DNA of 64,000 nt from an uncultured Clostridia bacterium (GTDB lineage: Bacteria; Bacillota; Clostridia; Christensenellales; Borkfalkiaceae): NCBI GenBank assembly GCA_946055105.1, contig CAMGEK010000001.1, positions 414-64,413 on the forward strand, read 5' to 3'. The position numbers were made by a program, and so were the translations under genes. Shown here one piece after another: positions 29,803-37,619 of the stretch. The notes under the pieces are model-generated. The model was not told the DNA's origin and searched no databases. It worked only from the letters and a program-made list of their open reading frames with translations. Each line of letters begins with the position of its first letter. Position 1 is the first letter of the stretch.

Positions 29803-30290
29803 TCGTGGGGGAAGTCCTCAAACCGCAGGGAATCCGCGGCGAACTCAAAATCCGTCCTTTCACGGACAGCGCGGAGGACTTCCGCGCGTTTCGGCGCGTC
29901 TTTCTCGACGGCGAGGAATATAAAGTTCTCTCGGTGAGGATCGGAGACGGCGCGGTGTTTTTGGGATTGCGCGGCGTTCCCGACCGCAACGCCGCCGAGC
30001 TTCTGCGCGGAAAGCAGGTCGTCGTGCCGCGCGCGGACGCGCCGCAGCCGGAAGAGGGAAGATATTATATCGTCGATCTTCTGGGCAGTCGCGTGGTGAC
30101 GGACGGGGGCGAAGAGATCGGAACGCTCGTCGACGTCCGACAGGCGGCGACGGACGTCTATACCGTCGAACGGAACGGAAAAGAGATTTTGTTTCCCGCG
30201 GCGAAGGGCGTGGTGCTCGCCGTGGATGCGGAAAACAAAGTGCTCACGGTGAGCGGTAGCCGCTTTGCGGAAGTGGCGGTGCTGCCGTAA
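29787..30290 (+). CDS. rimM: 16S rRNA processing protein RimM
   Basis: It reads MQTQLIVGEVLKPQGIRGELKIRPFTD, followed by a PRC-barrel tail. The alternative start 29775 is also in frame. It overlaps the tmk end. Confidence 0.85.
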   Translation: MQTQLIVGEVLKPQGIRGELKIRPFTDSAEDFRAFRRVFLDGEEYKVLSVRIGDGAVFLGLRGVPDRNAAELLRGKQVVVPRADAPQPEEGRYYIVDLLGSRVVTDGGEEIGTLVDVRQAATDVYTVERNGKEILFPAAKGVVLAVDAENKVLTVSGSRFAEVAVLP

Positions 30291-30306
30291 CGGACGGGGG
30301 AGAGAT

Positions 30307-30969
30307 ATGAAAATTACCGTTTTAACGCTCTTTCCGGAAATGTTTTCCGCGCTCTCGTCGAGCATTCTCGGCAGGGCGCAGAGAGAGGGGAAGGTGACGT
30401 TCGAGATCGTCAATCTGCGCGATTATACGGAGGACAAACATCTCAAATGCGACGACTATCCGTTCGGCGGCGGCGCGGGCATGGTCATGATGGCGCAGCC
30501 GATCGGAAGCGCGATCGAAGCGATCGATCCCGAACGCAGAGCGCGTCGCATTTATCTTTCGCCGAAGGGCGCCGTATTCCGTCAACAGAAGGTGTTTGAA
30601 TTGGTGGAATACGAGCATATCGTTCTGCTCTGCGGACACTACGAGGGGGTCGATCAACGCGCGATCGATCTGTTCTTCGACGAGGAGCTGTCCATCGGGG
30701 ATTACGTTTTGACGGGCGGAGAACTTCCCGCCATGGTCGTGATGGACTGCGTTTCCCGATATGTGGACGGCGTGCTTTCGCCCGAATCGCTCGTACAGGA
30801 GAGCTTTTCCGAGAATCTGCTCGAATATCCGCAATATACCCGCCCCGTCGAATACCGAGGACTGCGCGTTCCGGACGTATTGCGGAGCGGCAATCATGCG
30901 GAGATCGACCGTTGGCGGCGGGAACAGTCTCTGGAAACGACGAAAAAGAACCGCCCCGATTTGCTTTAA
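30307..30969 (+). CDS. trmD: tRNA (guanine37-N1)-methyltransferase
   Basis: It starts MKITVLTLFPEMF and has YPFGGGAGMVM and LLCGHYEGVDQR motifs. Confidence 0.9.
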   Translation: MKITVLTLFPEMFSALSSSILGRAQREGKVTFEIVNLRDYTEDKHLKCDDYPFGGGAGMVMMAQPIGSAIEAIDPERRARRIYLSPKGAVFRQQKVFELVEYEHIVLLCGHYEGVDQRAIDLFFDEELSIGDYVLTGGELPAMVVMDCVSRYVDGVLSPESLVQESFSENLLEYPQYTRPVEYRGLRVPDVLRSGNHAEIDRWRREQSLETTKKNRPDLL

Positions 30970-31011
30970 GCGCGTTCACGGCGCGGGCGTCGAGGTGAAA
31001 GGAGGCGAGAC

Positions 31012-31872
31012 GTGAAACATATCCAATGGTTCCCCGGGCATATGGCGAAAGCCATGCGAATGATGGAAGAAACTCTTTCGCTGGTGGACGCCGTGGCGTT
31101 CGTTTTGGACGCGCGCGCGCCCGCTTCGACCTATAACCGCAGATTGCGCGCCTTAGCGGGCGAAAAACCCGTGCTGTTCGTGCTCAACAAAGGCGATTTG
31201 TCGGACGGCGGCGCGGACGCGTTTTGCGCGGCGATCGGACGGAAGTCGGGAAAGGCGGTCAGAATCGCGGCGAACGGCTCGGCTTCTCTGCGCGCGCTGA
31301 CGGCGGCGATGACCGCCGTGACGGCGGAAAAGGCGGCGCGCATGGCGGAAAAGGGGCAGACGAGACCGCTCAGATTCCTCGTGGCGGGCGTTCCGAATAC
31401 GGGAAAAAGCACGGTGATCAACGCGCTGGGCGGCGGAAAAAAGGCGGCGACGGGCGATAAGGCGGGCGTAACCCGATCGAAACAGTGGGTGCGTTGCGGC
31501 GCGTTTGAATTGCTCGACACGCCCGGTACGATGCCCCCGTCCTTCGACGATCAGAGATTGGCGATGCGGCTTGCGTATCTCGGAAGCGTCAACGACGATA
31601 TTCTCGATTTCGACGACGTCGCGCTGTCTCTTTTGGGTGAACTTTCGGAAACGTATCCGAACGCGCTCGCGGAGCGGTACGGGATCGAGCGCGGCGCGTC
31701 GCCTCTTCAAATGCTGGAACGCGTCTGTGCGCGCAGGGGATTCGTCCTGCGCGGAAACGAATACGATTACGAACGCGGCGAACGCGCCGTCGTGGACGAT
31801 TTCCGGAAAGGAAAGCTCGGGAAAGTCTGTCTCGACAGTCTTTCGGACGGAAGCGCGGTCGGGCTGTGCTGA
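31012..31872 (+). CDS. rbgA: ribosome biogenesis GTPase A (YlqF/RbgA, circularly permuted)
   Basis: It has a GTG start and begins IQWFPGHMAKA. NKGDL precedes the P-loop GVPNTGKST, and DTPG follows. Confidence 0.85.
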   Translation: MKHIQWFPGHMAKAMRMMEETLSLVDAVAFVLDARAPASTYNRRLRALAGEKPVLFVLNKGDLSDGGADAFCAAIGRKSGKAVRIAANGSASLRALTAAMTAVTAEKAARMAEKGQTRPLRFLVAGVPNTGKSTVINALGGGKKAATGDKAGVTRSKQWVRCGAFELLDTPGTMPPSFDDQRLAMRLAYLGSVNDDILDFDDVALSLLGELSETYPNALAERYGIERGASPLQMLERVCARRGFVLRGNEYDYERGERAVVDDFRKGKLGKVCLDSLSDGSAVGLC

Positions 31873-31881
31873 GGAGAAACC

Positions 31882-32517
31882 ATGGACGGATTGGATTACG
31901 AAAGAGAATGTCTCGCGCGCGGCTATCGCGCCGTCGCGGGCGTGGACGAGGCGGGGAGAGGTCCGCTGGCGGGACCTGTCGTTTGCGCGGCGGTCATTCT
32001 GCCCACGGAGGAAGAAAAGCGGATCTTCGGGATCAACGACAGTAAAAAGCTATCCGCAAAGAAGAGAGAACTTCTTGCAGAGCAGATCAAGGAGCGCGCG
32101 CTTGCCTTTTCGGTCGTCGAAGTGGACGAGCACACCGTGGACGAGATCAATATTTTGCAGGCGACGCGGCTCGGCATGAAACGCGCCGTGGAAAGCTTGT
32201 CCGTTTGCGCCGATCTGGTTCTCGTCGACGGAAACATGACGTTGGATCTTACCGTGCCGCAGAGGAGTATCGTAAAGGGAGACGCGCTCGTGTGCAGCAT
32301 CGGCGCGGCGAGCATTCTCGCCAAGACCTATCGGGACGCGCTGATGAAACGGTACGATCTCGAATATCCCGTTTACGGGTTCGCGAAACACATGGGATAC
32401 GGAACGGCGGAGCATATCAGAGCGATCAGGGAGTACGGATTATGCACGATTCACCGAAGGACGTTCGCGCAAAAGTTCTCGGCAGAAGGGGAGAAGTCCT
32501 CGTCTGCAAATACTTAA
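31882..32517 (+). CDS. rnhB: ribonuclease HII
   Basis: It has GVDEAGRGPLAGPVV and DSKKLS motifs. It is 211 aa. Confidence 0.9.
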   Translation: MDGLDYERECLARGYRAVAGVDEAGRGPLAGPVVCAAVILPTEEEKRIFGINDSKKLSAKKRELLAEQIKERALAFSVVEVDEHTVDEINILQATRLGMKRAVESLSVCADLVLVDGNMTLDLTVPQRSIVKGDALVCSIGAASILAKTYRDALMKRYDLEYPVYGFAKHMGYGTAEHIRAIREYGLCTIHRRTFAQKFSAEGEKSSSANT

Positions 32518-32801
32518 AAAAACGGGGATACCGGATTCTCGAACGCAATTACCGCACGCCGTTCGGGGAAGCGGATCTGGTTGCGCAAAAGGACGACGAA
32601 ATCGTCTTTGTCGAAGTAAAGGCGCGGGAGAGCGACGCGTTCGGATTGCCCGTCGAAGCGGTCACGCGCGCGAAACAGAGGCGGTATTTCGATATTGCGA
32701 AATACTATTGTCTAGGGTTGGGGAAAGAGGCGCCCGTTCGGTTCGACGTCGCGTCCGTTTGGGAGGGAGAGATCGAGTACTTTGAAAACGCGTTTCCTTA
32801 A
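32442..32801 (+). CDS. yraN: YraN family (UPF0102) endonuclease-like protein
   Basis: It has LGRRGEVLVCKYLKKRGYRILERNYR..GEADLV..VFVEVKAR. The only ATG in frame (32442) overlaps rnhB by 76 nt. Confidence 0.75.
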   Translation: MHDSPKDVRAKVLGRRGEVLVCKYLKKRGYRILERNYRTPFGEADLVAQKDDEIVFVEVKARESDAFGLPVEAVTRAKQRRYFDIAKYYCLGLGKEAPVRFDVASVWEGEIEYFENAFP

Positions 32802-33082
32802 TTGCGTGCTCGTTGCAGAACTGCGGGCGCAAACGCGCTTTCCGCGCCGTTCGGATCGTAACGGAAAAACGCAAGTCTTTGCGGCAGGCGCAAGAAAGGT
32901 TTCGTCGTTGCGGGTGCAATCCCGCGCGGAAAGCAATTTGCGCGGCGATCGGGAAACGAAAGGCGTGAAAAAAACCGCTCATCCCGACCGAGCGAAAAAG
33001 CGGAGAACGATAAGCAAGCATATAAGAGAGACGTTCTTCGTGCCGTGAACGTCTTTCCCGCGGCGGCGTTTTCCTGTCTCGC

Positions 33083-33206
33083 GCTCCTCTCCGAAGCGGG
33101 AACGGGGAGACGGCAAACGTGCCGAGCGCGACCGTAAAATTGCCGACAGGAGAGAAAAAGAATCAATGCCATGCTCTTCTCCGAAGCGGGAACGGGGAGA
33201 CGGCAA
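33083..33206. repeat. two 35-bp direct repeats 89 bp apart
   Basis: GCTC(C/T)TCTCCGAAGCGGGAACGGGGAGACGGCAAA occurs at 33083-33117 and 33172-33206 with 1 mismatch. Each contains a TCTCC..GGAGA inverted repeat. Confidence 0.85.
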
Positions 33207-33209
33207 ATA

Positions 33210-33702
33210 GAAAAAATAAGTCCTCCGCGCAGTAGCGCGGAGGATCGTTTTTTCTGTAATATTCTGTTGTAACGGGCGTTCGGTACGTTTTCTCGCGCTA
33301 TCTGCAATCTCTCCTCATCGGATTGGTTGCGTTTCCGCGCGCTCTTCGCGCCGATAATCTGTTCCCGATCGGATATTTCGGTATCATTCCCTTTGCGAAG
33401 CATATTGCGTTCGCTCTTTCAGTTCCGTCGGTTTTACGCTTTCGCCCCTTTCATAAAACGGTACATCGGACTATCCTCCTTTTAATTGAGCTTGTAGCCC
33501 CTGTAAAAAATGATTTTCAACATATCGTCGTACCTCCTCGATATGAATTTTTCGGAGACGCCTTCGACCTCCATCGGTCTCCCTGCGATTGCGACGCTCC
33601 CGTCGCTCTCTCTTTGCCCCCGATTGATTTTTTACTTGTGCATCGGACCTTCCTACCTTCTGTTCAGAAATAACAGTTTCTGTATTGCTATTTCCTTTTT
33701 GT
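33210..33702 (-). ncRNA. candidate ~490-nt non-coding (or micro-ORF) transcript, family unknown
   Basis: It is bounded by a near-consensus promoter (33709-33736) and the terminator at 33221-33256. The unit is AT-richer than its flanks and has no credible CDS. It has several local hairpins and a duplicated 16-nt motif. Confidence 0.3.
33221..33256. terminator. bidirectional intrinsic terminator
   Basis: Hairpin TCCTCCGCGC-agta-GCGCGGAGGA has TCGTTTTTT on the plus strand and CTTATTTTTTCT on the minus strand. Confidence 0.75.
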
Positions 33703-33708
33703 GATTTC

Positions 33709-33736
33709 ATTATAGCACATAAATTTCATTTGTCAA
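33709..33736 (-). promoter_or_regulatory. near-consensus sigma-A promoter with no downstream gene
   Basis: On the minus strand: TTGACA (33736-33731), 16 nt, then TGcTATAAT (-10 at 33714-33709). Confidence 0.55.
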
Positions 33737-33774
33737 TAGGTTTTTCAAAAAAAATTAAAAAATTTTTTTCAGGC

Positions 33775-33799
33775 AAAAAAACGCGCCTTTTCGGCGCGT
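33775..33799 (-). terminator. intrinsic terminator of the ger operon
   Basis: On the minus strand, ACGCGCC-gaaaa-GGCGCGT is followed by TTTTTTT. It starts 4 nt after the GerC-like stop. Confidence 0.7.
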
Positions 33800-33802
33800 C
33801 GG

Positions 33803-35014
33803 TTATTCGACGCCGCGTACCGAAATCTGCGTTTCGGGACGGAGCGCGTTCAGGAGCGTTGAATCCCATTCCCTGAATTTTTTCGGGGAAGAGCGGTAGA
33901 GACTGCGGCGGAAGAGAAAGAGGTCGCATTGCGATTGTCTGATTTTCTCCCAGAGCGAACCGACGTAAGAGGAGAGGAGTTCCTCCGCCGCCTTCTGCGC
34001 CTTATCCGTCGTTTCGGAGAGCGCGACGTCCTCGATCGGGGAAGCTTTGTCGCGGTCGTAGAGTCGGACGGTGAGCTGTACGGAAAGTTTCGCCTTCGGC
34101 GCGGCTTTCATATCCAGCGACGCGTCCCCGTCGTTTTTGAGGACGGTGAGGGAGAGATCTTCTCCGTCCACGGCGACGCTCAACATTCCCGAATAGACGT
34201 CGCCGCTCAGCAGACGGTAGGCGAAGGTCTCTTCCGGAGAGAGCAATCCGACCATGACGCCCCGAAGAAAGAGCGCGGTCTCCTGCGCGAGATAGACGAA
34301 GGTCTCTTTCCGCGAAGCGCCGCCCGCGCTTTCCGAAGAGCCGCCCGAACCGCCCGCGCTTTCCGAAGAGCCGCCCGAATTCTGCGTTTCTTCTGCGGGA
34401 ACGGCGCGGAGAAAGGGCATAAAGCCGCTCTGCGAAGCGCCGTAATATCCGATTGAAAATTCTTTGAGCGTGGTTTTGCTCAACTTGCCCGATTTTTCCG
34501 CGGCTTCGGAAAAGATTTTTGAAACGGCGTCCGCCGAGGTATCGTCGGCGGCGCTGCTCGACAGGATCAGTTCTTCCGCGCTTCCCTCGCAGAGCGCGAG
34601 CAGACAGCTGTCCGACATATATTCGTTCCGCAGAAAAAAGTCGAGGCAGTCGAACACGTCCGTCTGCGCCGTCTCCCGACCGAGTACGACGAGGTCGCAA
34701 TAAATGAGTTTGGGCACCCAGCCCGTTTCGGCGTAGATCTGCGCGACGCAGTCGGAGACCGTCTTTCCCGAGCCTTTCAGAATGAGACCGGAGTTGTCCT
34801 GTTGCGCGCCGCTGCCCTTGGGGTTGGCGATCTGCGCGGTCAGCGTAAAGCCCGACTGCGTCCGATCCACGCCCGCGGCGAGAATGAGCGCCGTCTTCTG
34901 AATATCGACGAGTCCGAAGTCGTTGGAAAAGAATGCGAAACAGACGACGGCGGCGACGAGCAGATACAGTCTTATGGGGAGACGGCGAATCGCGTCAGCG
35001 TAGAATTTTTTCAC
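33803..35014 (-). CDS. spore germination receptor subunit C, Ger(x)C family lipoprotein
   Basis: 403 aa with an N-terminal hydrophobic signal ending in Cys. It has GerxC-like motifs (ILAAGVD, CDLVVLG). It is third in an A-B-C operon. Confidence 0.8.
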   Translation of the reverse strand: MKKFYADAIRRLPIRLYLLVAAVVCFAFFSNDFGLVDIQKTALILAAGVDRTQSGFTLTAQIANPKGSGAQQDNSGLILKGSGKTVSDCVAQIYAETGWVPKLIYCDLVVLGRETAQTDVFDCLDFFLRNEYMSDSCLLALCEGSAEELILSSSAADDTSADAVSKIFSEAAEKSGKLSKTTLKEFSIGYYGASQSGFMPFLRAVPAEETQNSGGSSESAGGSGGSSESAGGASRKETFVYLAQETALFLRGVMVGLLSPEETFAYRLLSGDVYSGMLSVAVDGEDLSLTVLKNDGDASLDMKAAPKAKLSVQLTVRLYDRDKASPIEDVALSETTDKAQKAAEELLSSYVGSLWEKIRQSQCDLFLFRRSLYRSSPKKFREWDSTLLNALRPETQISVRGVE

Positions 35015-36077
35015 GGCGAGACCTCCCGAGGAACAGACAGAGCAGCGGTACGAGAACGGTGAACAGCGGAAAGATCCAGAACAGCTTCACGGTGACGGTC
35101 TCCTGAAAGGACAGGAAGCGAAGGTCGGTGAAGATGACGACGAGGAGCACTGCGGCGTTGACGGCGACGGAATAGAGCGCGGGCTTGCCCCGTTCCCCGA
35201 ACGCTTCCCGCAGGCAGGTCGCGCTCGCTTGCAGGGGGACGACGCAATAGAAGGTCATGACGAGACCGAGCAGATAGATAAACAGATAGTCCACCCGTCC
35301 CAGCACGGAGACGGCGCTGAAATACTTGGAAATCTTGGCGAACGCAAAGCTCTGACGGACGGCGATATCCGAAAAGATTCCGTAATAGACGGCGAGGAAG
35401 AATAGCACGGCGAGCGCGCCCGCGAGATAGGAAAGGAGCGCCTTCCACGCCATGCCCTTGCGGTATTCCAATCTGCCCGTCAGAAGGAGCAGAAAGGCGC
35501 TGTCGCAGAACCAATTCGAGGTATAGGCGAACGCTTTCAGAATCGCAGGAAATCCGCTCGCGCCCGCAGGTTGAAGCGCGCCGAAATCCGCTTCTCCCGC
35601 GGAGAGGATCATGAGTCCCGCGAACGCGACGGTGGAGAGCGGCGCGAGCGCGTCCCACGTTCTGCCGCAGACGAAGAGCGGTTTCGCGCAGAGGTAGGCG
35701 GAGAGCACGAAGAAGGGCGCAAAGACGAACAGAGAGGGCAGGGTGTCGTAGAAAACGCTCTGCACGAGCAGTTTCTGTTCCTGCACGGGGTAGAGGGCGG
35801 CAAAGAGGAAGAAACACGCGAACAGGACGAAGAGGATTGACGCGACGACCTTTCCGAAGGCGTTGCGCAGAAGTTCGTAGAGCGTTTCTCCTTTGCGGGA
35901 TAACAGCACGACGAGAAAAACGATTCCCGCTTGCAGGGCGAATTGAAGCGCGGCGGGAAGCAGCAGATCGTTTTTCGCGAAGTGAACGAGCCGCGAGGGC
36001 AACAGTACGATTTTCCCGACGGGGGCGACGAAAGCCAGAAAGAAACAAAGCTGTCGGACAGAGATTTTATTTGACAC
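34995..36077 (-). CDS. spore germination receptor subunit B (GerAB-type permease-like, ~360 aa)
   Basis: GTG start at 36077 gives VSNKISVRQLCFFLAF. It has about 10 TM segments. It overlaps the A and C subunit genes. Confidence 0.8.
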   Translation of the reverse strand: MSNKISVRQLCFFLAFVAPVGKIVLLPSRLVHFAKNDLLLPAALQFALQAGIVFLVVLLSRKGETLYELLRNAFGKVVASILFVLFACFFLFAALYPVQEQKLLVQSVFYDTLPSLFVFAPFFVLSAYLCAKPLFVCGRTWDALAPLSTVAFAGLMILSAGEADFGALQPAGASGFPAILKAFAYTSNWFCDSAFLLLLTGRLEYRKGMAWKALLSYLAGALAVLFFLAVYYGIFSDIAVRQSFAFAKISKYFSAVSVLGRVDYLFIYLLGLVMTFYCVVPLQASATCLREAFGERGKPALYSVAVNAAVLLVVIFTDLRFLSFQETVTVKLFWIFPLFTVLVPLLCLFLGRSRREKILR

Positions 36078-37509
36078 GGCGCAGTCTCCTTTTGTTTTTG
36101 CTTTTGAGCGTCTCCGGGCGCAGACAGAGCGCGGAGAGATTGTATTTGACGAGCGAATCGCGCAGATCCCGACCGACGAGCGGGGAGAAGGGCGCAAGCA
36201 CGGGCGTACCGAAGTTCTCCGTGACGCAGAGATAGAAGAGCAGGAATGCGGTGAGAAGCACGATGCCGTACGTTCCGACGCTTCCCGCCACGAGCAACAT
36301 GGCGAGCCGCACGACGGAAGTGACTTCGATGAGATTGGGAACGGCGTAAAGTCCGATACCGCTGAACGCGATGATGATGATCGCGGGCGTGGAGACGAAC
36401 CCCGCGCTCACGGCGGTCTCGCCGAGGACGAGCGCGCCGACGACGGAGAGCGCCATGCCGACGTATTTCGGCATGCGGATGCTCGCTTCGTTGAGGACTT
36501 CGAGCACGAGCAGGACGAGCAACATTTCGAGCGAGGGGGAAAGCGGGATATTGCGGATGCTCCCCGCGATCGTCAGCAACAGCTTGACGGGGAAGAGTTG
36601 CAGCTTAAAGAGCTGCGCGGCGATATAGAAAGCGGGAAGATAGACGGCGACGAGCAGCGCGAAGACGCGCAGAAGGCGCGTGAACGTCGCGCGGTACGTC
36701 GGGACGAAATAGTCCTCGCTCGACTGAAAATCTTCCACGAGCAGATAGGGTACGGTGAGCGCGATCGGGGAACCGTCCGCCAAAATCCCCACTCTGCCTT
36801 CGGCGAGTTTCGCGCAGAAGATGTCCGGCTTTTCCGTCGTGCCAACCTGTTTGAGCAGAGAGCGCGGCTTCGCCGCGAGAAAATGGGAGAGATAGGAGGA
36901 ATCGGGAACGACGTCGAGATCGATGTTTTCCAGCCGTTTTTTGACTTCTTCGGCGACCGATCGGACGGCGATTCCGTCCAGATAACAGATCTGCACGGTG
37001 GTGCGCGACCGTCTCCCGATCACGACCGTTTCCAGCCTCAGATCGGGCGATTTCAGCCTCCTGCGCACGAGAGACGCGTTGATTTTGACGTCCTCGACGA
37101 ATCCCTCCCGCGGTCCTTTCACGGCGACGTCCGTCGGAGGTTCGGAGACGGCGCGGGCATAAACTTTTTTCAAGCCCGTCACGAGCGCGCCGTCCGCGCC
37201 CTCCCACAGCAGGACGGGATTGCCGTTCAGAACTTCCTCGGCGAGTCGGTTCAGGTCGGTCTCCCGTTTGAGTTCGGGGGAAGTCAGGCGCGCGCCGACT
37301 TCCGAGGCGGCGGGCGCGCCGTCGTAGCGCAGAAGCGGACGGACGACCTGTTCTCCCAGAAGCTCCTTGTCGGTCACGGCGTCCGCAAAGAGGACGGTAA
37401 ACTCTCCTCCGCCGTCCGCGCGGAAGGAAAAAGTGAGAATATCTTCCGCCGGAAGCAGTTTTTTCAGGGCGGAGCAGTCCGTTTTCAGATGACCTGTGAC
37501 CGTAATCAT
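36067..37509 (-). CDS. spore germination receptor subunit A (GerAA/GerKA family)
   Basis: It has the conserved core PPTDVAVKGPREGFVEDVKINASLVRRRL and a C-terminal TM bundle. Start is taken at ATG 37509. The upstream ATG 37611 would run across the divergent promoter. Confidence 0.85.
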   Translation of the reverse strand: MITVTGHLKTDCSALKKLLPAEDILTFSFRADGGGEFTVLFADAVTDKELLGEQVVRPLLRYDGAPAASEVGARLTSPELKRETDLNRLAEEVLNGNPVLLWEGADGALVTGLKKVYARAVSEPPTDVAVKGPREGFVEDVKINASLVRRRLKSPDLRLETVVIGRRSRTTVQICYLDGIAVRSVAEEVKKRLENIDLDVVPDSSYLSHFLAAKPRSLLKQVGTTEKPDIFCAKLAEGRVGILADGSPIALTVPYLLVEDFQSSEDYFVPTYRATFTRLLRVFALLVAVYLPAFYIAAQLFKLQLFPVKLLLTIAGSIRNIPLSPSLEMLLVLLVLEVLNEASIRMPKYVGMALSVVGALVLGETAVSAGFVSTPAIIIIAFSGIGLYAVPNLIEVTSVVRLAMLLVAGSVGTYGIVLLTAFLLFYLCVTENFGTPVLAPFSPLVGRDLRDSLVKYNLSALCLRPETLKSKNKRRLRRVK

Positions 37510-37550
37510 AAAAAAAGTATGGCGTAAGCGGCAAAAATTATTCCGTTCGG

Positions 37551-37579
37551 TTGACGAAAACTCGGAAACGGGATATAAT
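37551..37579 (+). promoter_or_regulatory. sigma-A type promoter of the Wzz-like gene
   Basis: TTGACG (37551-37556), 17 nt, then TATAAT (37574-37579). The TTG that opens the ORF-track ORF is the -35 box itself. Confidence 0.6.
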
Positions 37580-37619
37580 AAGAAAGGGTCGTCATTCGGA
37601 AACCGAAGCAAAGGGAGTT

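Noticed and set aside
33083-33206. A possible mini-CRISPR (two 35-bp repeats).
   Set aside because: There are only two copies, the intervening 54 nt is too long for a typical spacer, there are no cas genes in the window, and the repeats sit in a terminator-proximal UTR.
32798-33403. A 201-aa minus-strand ORF, and its internal SD-led 123-aa version starting at MALILFLSC.
   Set aside because: It reads straight through the bidirectional terminator and both 35-bp repeats. Its composition (Arg/Cys/Phe/Ser-rich) is not protein-like, and it ends inside yraN antisense.
33210-33702. RNase P RNA identity for the orphan transcript. GGAAGGUCCGAUGCAC resembles the CR-I element GGAAAGUCC(A/G), and ACAGAUUAUCGGC about 295 nt later resembles the ACAGAA-P4 3' strand.
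   Set aside because: The required P4 pairing (..AAG-U-CCnnn with nnnGG-CUU) is not satisfied because the 3' strand reads AUCGGCGC. The other universally conserved blocks are absent, and I found no P1 pairing of the ends.
33471-33710. A 79-aa basic ORF (MKSQKGNSNTE...).
   Set aside because: Its ATG is part of TATAATG, inside the -10 hexamer, so it lies upstream of the predicted TSS. It has no SD, and the Arg/Glu-rich middle looks like chance translation.
37510-37550. A sigma-G/F type forespore promoter for the ger operon (GAATA-17nt-CATACTT).
   Set aside because: The match is partial, with the last -10 base wrong, and it sits only about 5 nt from the ATG. It is biologically plausible but too weak to annotate without TSS data.
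37551-37619. The upstream TTG start of the Wzz-like ORF (MTKTRKRD...).
   Set aside because: That TTG is the first half of the -35 hexamer TTGACG. The ATG at 37620 has an SD and gives the typical Wzz N-terminus.
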